Below are positions 53,656 through 64,000 of a stretch of DNA of 64,000 nucleotides, in pieces. Origin of the DNA: Octopus vulgaris (Eukaryota); the NCBI GenBank assembly GCA_951406725.2, contig OX597835.1, positions 38,502,001 through 38,566,000 of the forward strand, written 5' to 3'. A program made the translations under genes and the position numbers. How positions within the stretch are numbered: the stretch's first letter is position 1; each line of letters starts with the position of its first letter. Below the pieces are notes generated by a model. That model searched no databases, was not told the DNA's origin, and saw only the letters and a program-made list of their open reading frames with translations.

Positions 53656-54412
53656 AAAAACAGTTATATGGGGAAATAGCTAAATATATCGGATCTATAC
53701 ATTTGTGCCTGATAAGCCAGTATGTATACATAACACTATATTATAAACACTTCGATTAATAAGCTCCAAATAATCTCAGATTTAGCAGATCTGTAGTCAT
53801 AGAATTTCCAACACACATGACGTTGTCAAAGCTTTCATATATAATCTTATATGTCTATATTATCAATTTGCCAAAGAAATTCTGGTTTGTCGACAGGGTG
53901 ATTTGATTGCCTAATAAGTCTCTTACAATTTTATCTAAAAAAAAAACTTATTGAAAAACCAAATAGTCTTTCCTTCCTTCATGCCAAGTTTGAAGAAAAT
54001 ATCTCTTTTGCATCTTACTTTTTTGGTCTCTTTCAAACTATTATAATTCTTTGTTGGTAGAGAAGGCTAATTTGTGTGCGTGTGTGTGTGTGTGTATGTA
54101 TGTGTGTGTGTGTGTGAATGTAAGTGGGTATGTACAATCTATTTTTTATGCATTTCAGCAATTTGATTGCGCCCATGCTGGAGTGCCGCCTTGAAGAATT
54201 TCTAGTCGAACGAAACGACCTCAGTACATATTTTCTTCTCTAAGCCTGATACTTATTCCATCGGTTTCTTTTGGAGAACCGCTACGTTATGAGGATATAA
54301 ACACTGCAATACCGGTTGTCAAGCGGTGGTGTCACACTTAGATATATGATATGTGATGTATACACACGTGCATACATGTGTGTCTATCGGTATGCTCTTT
54401 TAAGCATGGGTG

Positions 54413-54454
<42 letters not shown>

Positions 54455-55045
54455 TGGTACATGTGAGCATGTGTATGCGTAAATGACTGAGTATGCATGT
54501 GCGTACTTATGTGTAGGTGTACACGTGTGTATATATGAGTGCGTTTATGAATGTGTGCATGGGTATATATGAGAGAAGGTGGTTGATGTGTGGTTCGATA
54601 AAATTAATAAAGTGATTACTGAAGCATGATAAACTCTTTGTAGCAAGTCAGTGATTTGAAACCGTGTCTCACTGGATGATGTCATTTCACTTTTGATAAA
54701 CTCGGTCAGAAGAGCTAACCCACTAATATGTGAGGAAGTAGGTGAATATATATATACATTTGTGTGTGTGTGTGTGTGTGAAGTTATGTATATATACGGC
54801 GGCTTCTATTAGTTTCCGTCTGTCAAATCCACTTGCAAGTCTTTGGGCTGTCCAAGACTGTAATAGAAGTCATTTGACCAAGGTACTGCGCAGAGGGGTT
54901 GAACCCAGAACCATGTAGTTGGAAAGTAAACTTATTACAGAACACCCACACTTGCGCCTATATAAATGTGTGTGTGTGGGGGGGAGTGGATTATCATTTT
55001 CTATCTGTTTATCGCATTCTGCCCGACGTATGCGTAATGTATGTA

Positions 55046-56328
55046 CGAGGGGCGTTCAATAAGTAATGCCTCTGACCCACTTGCAGTTGTTTGATCTAGC
55101 TGAAATTTTGCATGTGCAATTATTTATATCTCTATAGATTAAGTGGCAAATTACAGCTCTGAACTATTTGTGTTTTCTGATTTACAGGTATTTGAACTGA
55201 GTCAAGTGGGAAATGGAGCCTGTTGAGTGTCGAGCAGTGATCCGGTTTTTGTATTTGAAAGGACGCACACCACGGGAGACTTTTGATGAAATGAAAGTAA
55301 CTTATGGTGATGATGCCCCATCATATGAACTTGTAAAACGCTGGCATCGTGAATTCAAACATGGTTGGAACTCTGTGGAAACAGCTCCCAGATCTGGTCG
55401 CCCCCTTCTGCCATTGATAAGGCATCTGTCCGTCAAGTTGAGGCTGCCATTTTGGAAGATCGACGCATAACTATTCGCCAAATAGCCCATGAGGTCAAGA
55501 TTAGCACCGGGTCTGTGGAAACTATCATTCATGACCATTTGCATATGCAAAAGGTGTCTGCCAGATGGATTCCTAGGCTGCTCACACCTTTCCAGAAGCA
55601 AGAACGCGTCGATTGCTCGAGGATGAATTTAGAGATGTGCCAAGAAGATGAGTCAACATTTTTCAAAAGACTGATTACACAGGATGAAACCTGGGTCCAT
55701 CACTATGATCCAGAGACCAAAGCCCAGTCAATGCAGTGGAAGCACCGTGACTCTCCTCCTCCAAAGAAGGCAAGGGTGCAGCCCTCCGCTGGCAAGGTCA
55801 TGCTCACAGTCTTCTGGGACCAGGACGGAGTAATGATGACAGATTTCCTGGCAAAGGGTGCCACAATTACAGGAGTCTATTATGCTTCACTTTTGAGGAA
55901 ATTAAGAGAAGCTATCAAAATCAAGAGGTGGGGCAAGATCAGCAAAGTCATCCTCCTCCTGCAGGACAACGCTCCGATCCACAACTCGCGTGTCGCCATA
56001 TCAGAAGCACAGGCGTGCGGCTATGAACTCATCCTCCATTCCCTTTACTCTCCTGACCTTGCACCCTCTGATTTTCACCTCTTCCCAGCCATGAAGTTGT
56101 TTTTGAAAGGAAAGCGTTTCCCAGATGATGCAGCCTTGATTTATGAAGTCACGTCGCGGTTGGAGGACCAAGCTGGGGTCTTCTACAAAAACGGTATTCA
56201 AACCTGCATCAAACAATGCGTAACTCTGGATGGTTCCTATATAGAAAAAGACTGATAACTGTGCCAAGTTTCGTTGCTCTACTGCTATGGGAAGTGGGTC
56301 AGGAGCATTACTTATTGAACGCCCCTCG
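55046..56328 (+). mobile_element. Full-length mariner transposon (1283 bp)
   Basis: TIRs CGAGGGGCGTTCAATAAGTAATGC / GCATTACTTATTGAACGCCCCTCG with TA duplications at 55044-45 and 56329-30. Confidence 0.96.
55213..56255 (+). pseudogene. Mariner DD34D transposase with one frameshift near 55400-55415
   Basis: N-terminal HTH (CRAVIRFLYLKG...PRSGRP) in ORF 55213-55470; WIPRLL, ITQDETW, LLQDNA, YSPDLAPSDF in ORF 55365-56255; 34 residues between the 2nd and 3rd Asp. Confidence 0.93.
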
Positions 56329-56797
56329 TATATGTCCAGTCATATATGTAAATAATACAATTTTATTGCTTTTTTCTGACAAGTCACAAAGCTGTGGACC
56401 AGCCACAAAGCTGGTCCACATATCATACCTCTCTAATTTAAAGTAATCAATAACCCTTCAATAAACCTTCAACTTTTTATTGCCATAAACCTTAGATTCT
56501 ACCGGACGCTTATCCACACTCCACCACGAACATCACTCCCTTCCCCCAAATCCACATATTTTTCCTTCCCAATCAGATTTCTATTTTTAAGCACGTTCCT
56601 CCTATTCATGAACAAGTCATTCTTTGCCGATTCCTCTCAGCTTCAATTGTGTCCAATTAGTCATTAGTCAAAGGACGTAAAAACATTTTTTTTCTCATTT
56701 CTCGAAAAAGGACATTTTCCGAAGCGTCAGTTTTCCAATGGAATCGAATCTTCAAAAACTATGTTCTTTATCAATGAATGCAACCGACGGAGTACCA

Positions 56798-56859
<62 letters not shown>

Positions 56860-57405
56860 GCGTGTGTGTGTGTGTATGTATGTATATATATATATATAAC
56901 AGCCCTCACCGTTTGTTTTTATTGTATTTTTACTGTTTTGTTCTCACTGTCCTGGTCTTCGCAAAAAATCACAAATTTTATTTAATTTGCTTGCGGGAAG
57001 GACTGTTTCAACTAAGTCGCGTCTTGTCCTTGCCTTCGTAGCGTTGAGTAGATGAAACAGGGACAACTGAAGAAGGGAAATATTCTTTATGTTGTATGCC
57101 TCGTTTCTCTGTTTGTTTTTTTCGTTGTTCGAAAAAAAGTTCGTTTCTATGTTTTTGTTTTTATGTTTTCGTTTCTTATTTCGTTCAACGTTTTTTTTTA
57201 TGTCTTGTACTCATATATGCATGTACATATACATGTATATGTAGGTATGTACATATATGTATGTATATATGTATATAATTATATATGTATTCTATATATG
57301 TATATATATATGTATATAAACTACTCTCAACGTATACATATATATATAATGTGACCGCGTGTGTACCGTTAGTGATATTTTTCCCTCTGTCTTCCCTTCT
57401 CCTAT

Positions 57406-57440
57406 GTTTCCGACGAAGAGCTCCGCTCGAAACGTTAGAC
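57406..57440 (+). ncRNA. Minimal hammerhead ribozyme motif of the Penelope-like type
   Basis: GTTT-CCGACGA-A-GAGC-TCC-GCTC-GAAACGTTA-GAC: stem II, GAAA, self-complementary AACGTT, UUA site; C at core position 4 and weak stem I. Confidence 0.55.
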
Positions 57441-57533
57441 CCCCTTCTTTCCTTCTTTCCTGAGCATCCAATAATACTATATTTGTTCCACGTCCTCGCG
57501 TTATTGTGCTTTTTCGTGCTTTCATGTTTGGAT

Positions 57534-57575
<42 letters not shown>

Positions 57576-58152
57576 TTGACACAACACGCACACACACACA
57601 AATGCACTATACACCTCTATACACACTACCTACTCAACATATACCACATAGAAATACACAAATATTTAGACGCTCACACATAAACCTATTGTGTGAAACT
57701 AAAGTGGGTAAATAGTTACTCTGTTCTCTTGTTCACCTTTCACCTACTTCTCCACGTATTAGTGGGTTAACACTTCTGACCGAGTTTATCAAAAGTGAAA
57801 TGGCACCATCCAGTGAGACACGGTTTCAAATCACTGACTTGCTACAAAGAGTTTATGGACGCTTCAGTAGTCTCTTTATCAATTTTATCGAACGACACAC
57901 ATCAACCGCCTTCTCTCATATACATCCATGCGTACACACAAGGACACATTCATAAACGCGCAGGCACTCTTATATATACACACTTGTACACCTACACATA
58001 AGTACGCACATGCGTACACGGTTATTTGCATATACACATGCTTGCGTGTCCCAAGCACACACGCACATTTATATATATATATATTTATATATATCACGGT
58101 GATATACATATATATATATATATATATATATGCATATATATATATGTGTGTG

Positions 58153-58209
<57 letters not shown>

Positions 58210-58210
58210 G

Positions 58211-58321
<111 letters not shown>

Positions 58322-58326
58322 GTATG

Positions 58327-58357
<31 letters not shown>

Positions 58358-58362
58358 GTATG

Positions 58363-58394
<32 letters not shown>

Positions 58395-58460
58395 GACCCA
58401 TGCTTATAAGCATAGCGATAGTCACAGTCCATACAAATACACACACAATACTACAATACA

Positions 58461-58785
58461 TACGACAGGTCGGGGTCTTCTAAGCACTGTTAGAAACAAC
58501 GGAAGTGAACGAGAACGTCATAACTTGGTGTGCATCCGTGGCAGAGTTCAAGGTCAAATCTGTACCAAGCGGCTTCATTCTGCTACTTAAGCTCCGTTAC
58601 CATAGCAACAGAGCCGATACTTTTTGAAGAAAGACATCCAAGAGAATGTTTACGAAGTAGCTGCTCGGTATCCTCCACAAAAACAAAAAAAAAAAGGAGT
58701 TCCGAAAATGTTTCCTTCAAATGGAAACGATACAGGATAAAGCGTGTAGCTTCAGAATGGGACAACTTCGAAGGAGGTTGAATGC
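58461..58785 (+). mobile_element. Degenerate internally deleted mariner relic
   Basis: Frameshifted EFRKCF..WKRY..KRVASEWDNFEGG* resembles the mariner C-terminus (F..CF..W..RW.KC....GDYFEGD); starts TACGA. Confidence 0.5.
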
Positions 58786-58810
58786 TGAATTGATATGTGC
58801 TGCAATTTTC

Positions 58811-59233
58811 GGATCTTTTCGGTTTCAACGGCAGTGTTTTCTAGCGGTGTCATATGAATTTGTCACCCATAATTATGACCCTAGTATCGAGCTATTGCAT
58901 TTCAATCTGTTTTAGGGTTAGGGTTAGTTAGGGTTGGTTAGGGGAATGGTATCTTTTTTTCTTCACTAATGTAAATAAACCCAATCTGTTTCTTAAACGA
59001 GGGACATATCCATACGGCACAGAATGTTTTCACCTCAATAGACGTCATTGATTGGTTGAAATTGCAGAAATTGAAGAAAAAAAACCAACAAATATCTTAC
59101 AAACTATAGAATTTTCTCAATAAAGCCAAGAAAAAGATGTTTTATAAACACATTCTACTAGTATACGAAGTTTTAAAGTGATTAGTTACGTGGAAATTAT
59201 TTTAAAGCACTGCCGTTCAAACCGAGAAGATCC
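58811..59233. mobile_element. Non-autonomous DNA transposon with 26-bp TIRs, ~8-bp TSD and internal TTAGGG repeats
   Basis: GGATCTTTTCGGTTTCAACGGCAGTG / CACTGCCGTTCAAACCGAGAAGATCC; flanks CAATTTTC / CAGTTTTC; TTAGGG repeats at 58912-58944. Confidence 0.85.
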
Positions 59234-59307
59234 CAGTTTTCTTTTTGTAGGACCAGTACCGATACTTTTTTATTAGATCCCGTTTAAATAGCATTAATAC
59301 GTACTCA

Positions 59308-60220
59308 TGAAGGCGCATAGCTCAGTAGTTAGAGCGTCGGCTTCACAAACATGAGGTAACGAATTCGATTCTCAGACCGGGCTGTGTGTTGTGTTCTTGA
59401 GCAAGACACTTTATTTCGTGTTGCTCCATTTCACTCACCTGCAGAAATTAGTTGCGACACCAATGGTGCTAAGTTGTATCGGCCTTTGCGTTTCCCTTGT
59501 ATAACATCTGTAGTATGGAGAGGGGAGTTTAGTATGCATGGACGATTGCTGGTTTTCCATAAAGAACCCTGGCAAGAATTGTACTTCTGAGGGGAACTTT
59601 TTAGATGCAATCCCATGGTCATTCAACACCGAAGTGGAATCTTTACATTTTCCCCATACATGTAAAGGTGTGGAGAGGTGAGGCGGGTATGCATGTGTGA
59701 CTGCTGGTCTTCCATAAGCAACCTTACTCGGACTTGTTCCTTGGAGGGGAACATTCCAGGTGCAATCCCATGGTCAGTCATGACCAAAGAGGGTATTTAC
59801 CCTTTACTCTATGTACATATAATGGTGTAGAGAGGTGAGACTGATATGCATGGGTGACTGCTGGTCTTCCATGAAAAGGCTGCGAGCTGGCAGAAACGTG
59901 GGCACGCCGGGCGAAATGCTTACCGGTATTTCGCCTGCCGTTACGTTCTGAGTTCAAATTCCGCCGCGGTCGACTTTGCCTTTCATCCTTTCGGGATCGA
60001 TAAATTAAGTACCAGTTACGCACTGGGGTCAATCTAATCGACTTAATCCTTTTATTTGTCCTTGTTCGTCCCCTCTATGTTTAGGTCATCCCCCCCCCCC
60101 CACATGTGGGAAATAAATATGCTGGTCTTCCATAAACAATCTTGCCCGGTCTAGTTCCTTGGAGGGGAACTTTCTAGGTGCTATCCCATAGTCATTCATG
60201 ACCGAAGCGTGGTCTTTACC
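59308..60220 (+). mobile_element. Family D SINE with triplicated ~155-bp tail, third unit split by a family B SINE (59877-60119)
   Basis: tRNA-like head, then three units of GAGAGG..TATGCATG..TGCTGGT.TTCCAT..GAGGGG..GC.ATCCCAT.GTCA; TSD TGCTGGTCTTCCAT at 59859-59872 and 60120-60133. Confidence 0.8.
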
Positions 60221-60498
60221 TCTTGTCCTTTACTACGTACACACAGTGATATACGCATGTATGTGACTGTGTGTGAGTGCATATCATACTCAAATACATA
60301 CACATGAATTCACATACCCTAACAAAACCATATAACAAACAATAACAAACACTTAAGCATATGCCCCTACATACACACATGCCGCCGAATGATACTATAC
60401 ACAGTAGATGGCTGCAAGACCACAAATATACACGCGTACTCACAACTGTCACACATACACTCTTATATACATATACATATACTTATACATATACCTTA

Positions 60499-60721
60499 TG
60501 GCGGCGAGCTGGCAGAATCGCCGGGCGAAATGCGTAGCCGTATTTCGTCTGCCGTTACGTTCCGGGTTCAAATTCTGCCGAGGTCGACTTTGCCTTTCAT
60601 CCGTTCGGGGTTGATAAATTAAGTACCAATTACGCATTGGGGTCGATGTAATCGACTTAATCCGTTTGTCTGTCCTTGTTTGTCCCCTCTGTGTTTAGCC
60701 TCTTGTGCGTAGTAAAGAAAT
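60499..60721 (+). mobile_element. SINE family B
   Basis: Match with a small deletion in the head. Confidence 0.9.
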
Positions 60722-61128
60722 ATATATACATATACCTCTTGTATGCGTATATATATGCCACGCTGCTGTATATATTGTGGTGTACGATGCACACAGACAC
60801 AATACATGTAAATAATATATACACACATCACATATGTATGAACATCACGGTATGGATGTTGTTATACATCGCTAGTCACGAGGCACTTAACATTGTTTTA
60901 GCTTTCGAATCATGCCATTCCCGCTGCCTCGCTGAGCAGGCCAACATTTCCTCTCATGGGATGGCATTTCCATCTCAGGGTTACCTCTTTACAGCTGAGT
61001 GGACTGGGGCAACATGAAATGAAGTGTTTTACTCAAGAACACATCTCTCCGTCCAGTCCTTGAATCGAACCTACAATCTCACGATCGTGCGTGCAATATC
61101 CTAACCATTAGGCCACGCGCATTCACGA

Positions 61129-61190
<62 letters not shown>

Positions 61191-61364
61191 TCAAGTGCGT
61201 TTATGTATGTACCTATATATGTACATGCATATACATACATACATACACACACACACACGCACACACACATATATATGTATATATATATATATGTATGTAT
61301 GTATATGCATGTATATATTTATATATAGAGAGAGAGATAGATAAAACGATAGATAGATAGATAG

Positions 61365-61398
<34 letters not shown>

Positions 61399-61402
61399 AG
61401 AC

Positions 61403-61508
<106 letters not shown>

Positions 61509-61980
61509 GTGAGAACATTCTGCAGAGTAATTCATCTAAATATAAGACAAAACCAAACGTATTGTCAAGAGCTCATAAAATATTTAAAGCAATCGGCATT
61601 TCAGAATATATGATTAATGACTTGAGTGACTGACAAATAATGGATTTGAAGCAAAAAAATATATATTATTCCACATATGACAAATGTACTTTTTATCTTC
61701 AATTTCTGAGACGATTCTTGTATAGTTTTTACAGAAAAAAAAATTGCGTCTTCAGCGACTGACATAAGACAAAGAGGAATGTGGCTGTATTGCAAACGTA
61801 TTTTTATTTTCTTTTGCTATTCTTGTTGACCTTAAAACAGAACCTATCAAACGATTCGGAATTCGTGGACGACTCGGTCTGTGTCTATGGACCACGAACC
61901 ACAAGCATTACGAAGCTCCTATTAAGACCTCTGAACTTTTCAACCATTATACATACAAAACTTACAAAGTAATGTTTAAA

Positions 61981-62264
61981 TATGTTTCTTTATTAGCCAC
62001 ACAGGGCTGCACACAGACGGGACAGATTACAAAGTAGAGCTTTTCTTTTTGGGGAGAAAAAAAAAAAGTGGGGTCAGTTTTCGGTCAAAAGGGATCGTAA
62101 AAGGGAAAGGAAAAAATACGGATCAATAAGGATCGTGTATCACAGAAATGACATGATGTAGTGTAAAGGGGGAAGCAGATAAGGTTTATCCGTGAAAAGA
62201 AAAGCCTACGGAAAAAACCACGGTAACCTCGGTCAATAATCTTACATGTTACCACATTCGTTTG
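61981..62264 (-). mobile_element. Probable LINE 3' UTR fragment sharing its tail with SINE family B
   Basis: Minus strand ends CTGTCCCGTCTGTGTGCAGCCCTGTGTGGCTAATAAAGAAAC, similar to the family B tail; upstream sequence is pyrimidine-rich and unrelated to the SINE body. Confidence 0.55.
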
Positions 62265-62493
62265 CAAGTAGGTAACCCTCTGTTTTAAATTTTTCCAAGT
62301 TCATAGGACTATGCTCAAGGTGGCTTAATATAACTATACATAACAAACGAAAGTAATTATTAAATATAGCTATACATATAAAGGAAACGTGTTGTACAAA
62401 AGATATCCCAATTTGTTGAAAATTCCAAAAACTAAGGCAAAAATACCGAAAATTGCTCAATAAAATCAATATAATTTTATGCCAAAATCCACA

Positions 62494-62676
62494 TAAGCCG
62501 ATTTGCTGCTGATGAGAGACATTCGTAAACCGAGGTCTTATTGTATCCTGTACCAACAGTTTCGTTCAAATAACCAGGAAGGCATTTCTAACGCTTCACT
62601 ACATCAAAATCCTCATGAACAACATACAATGAGACCTCGGTTTACGAATGTCTCTCATCAGCAGCAAGTCGGCTTA
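62494..62676. repeat. 53-bp inverted repeat with 77-bp spacer (Tigger/pogo-like ends facing each other)
   Basis: 62494-62546 and 62624-62676 are reverse complements with 2 mismatches; arm begins TA-CAATGAGACCTCGGTTTACGAA. Confidence 0.85.
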
Positions 62677-62814
62677 CGAACAATTTTTCGAACATATAAC
62701 GTCTCGAGTGACAAACGGTGTCTCGAATAACGAACCCGAAAGTCGGCAACAATAGTGTTCGCGACAAGCTGAAAGTATCATCAAGAGAGAGTTGCAGTTT
62801 AGCTTTCGCTCAGT

Positions 62815-63199
62815 ACGCATTCCTGTGTGGTAAGAAGCTTGATTACGAACCACATGGTTCCAGGTTCAGTCCCACTGCGTGGCACCTTCAGCAACTGTCT
62901 TTTACTATAGCATCTGGCCGACCAAAGCCTTGTGAGTGGATTTGGTAGACGGAAACTGAAAGAAGCCCGTCGTATATATGTAAATATGTGTATAAATGTA
63001 TGTATGTGTGTATATGTTTGTGTGTTTGTGTTTGTCCCCCCAACATCGCTTGACAACCGACGCTGGTGTAACTTAGCGGTTCGGCAAAAGACCGATAGAA
63101 TAAGTACTAGAGAATAAGTTGTGGAGTCGATTTGTTCGATAAAGGCGGTGCTCCAGCATGGCCACAGTCAAATGACTGAAACAAGTAAAAGGGTAGAGA

Positions 63200-63236
<37 letters not shown>

Positions 63237-63399
63237 TACATATACGATAGGCGTTCAATTTCCGTCTACCAAATCCACTCAGATGGCTTTGGCAGGCCCG
63301 AAGCGATAGTAGAAGACTCTTACCAAAGGTGCTACGCAATGGGACTGAACCCAGAACCATGAAGCTGGGAAGCAAACTTCTTACCCGACAGCCACGCCT
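62815..63399. mobile_element. Two family A SINEs in convergent orientation
   Basis: A + copy at 62815-63192 and a - strand 5' half at 63245-63399. Confidence 0.85.
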
Positions 63400-63494
63400 A
63401 CGCTTTTGTGCGTATGTGTGTTTATACGGAAGCGTGTACGAATGTATGTGTATTCGTATATATGTATATACATATCAAAGTATATCCTACTATA

Positions 63495-63717
63495 TTCTTT
63501 ACTACCCACGAGGGGCTAAACACAGAGAGGACAAACAAAGACAGACAAACGGATCAAGTCGATTATATCGACCCCAGGCCGTAACTGGTACTTATTTAAT
63601 CGACCCCAAAAGGATGAAAGGCAAAGTCGACCGCGGCAGAATTTGAACTCAGAACGTAGCGGCAGACGAAAAACTGCTTAGATTTTCGTCTGGCGTGCAG
63701 ACGTTTCTGCCAGCTCG
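63495..63717 (-). mobile_element. SINE family B
   Basis: Reverse-complement match. Confidence 0.88.
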
Positions 63718-64000
63718 ATATCCGTTAAACAGACCCTACGTACGTTTAATAGAACCTACCTACACGACAGCATAAGCTAAAAATTAGAGCGTTGTAATTT
63801 AGAACACTGGTTCTTAGATGATGTTAACAGAGATTCAAGGCTTATATATACTGAAAGCAAAATATTTGTTAACTACATAATTATTGTATGTCAAACGATG
63901 CATGTTCATATTGTGTTAAATATATCAGGTGTACCATGCATAGTCGAACGTATTACAATCGCATGGTTGTATAAATATAGTAATGTATAGACATATATAT

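Noticed and set aside
58912-58944. Telomere or chromosome fusion site
   Set aside because: Only a few imperfect units, located inside a TIR-bounded element.
59505-60220. CRISPR-like or satellite array
   Set aside because: Three ~155-bp SINE tail duplicates without repeat-spacer structure; eukaryotic context and no cas genes.

Overview
AT-rich animal genomic DNA packed with microsatellites and tRNA-derived SINEs. The repeat landscape looks like an octopus or other coleoid cephalopod intron or gene desert (inference, not database-checked). I found no convincing host gene, rRNA, intact tRNA or CRISPR array; nearly all ORFs in the track are microsatellite or SINE translations. Recognisable coding sequence is all transposon-derived: an R4/Dong-type LINE 3' fragment beside a (TAA)n tract, CR1/L2-type LINE 3' ends, an RTE relic, a full-length frameshifted DD34D mariner, a DD37D/maT-like relic, a hAT relic and a Helitron helicase relic. 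There are also several MITEs and at least four SINE families (working labels A-D). The most notable item is a non-coding 358-bp unit at 20603-21452, present as 1.4 direct copies plus an inverted copy. It carries a fully paired type I hammerhead ribozyme fold and a second atypical hammerhead-like motif, so it is a candidate retrozyme or Penelope-type circular-RNA retroelement. Other highlights are more hammerhead relics, SINE tails matching local LINE 3' ends, module swapping among SINEs and several long fold-backs. Coordinates of degenerate repeats are approximate.
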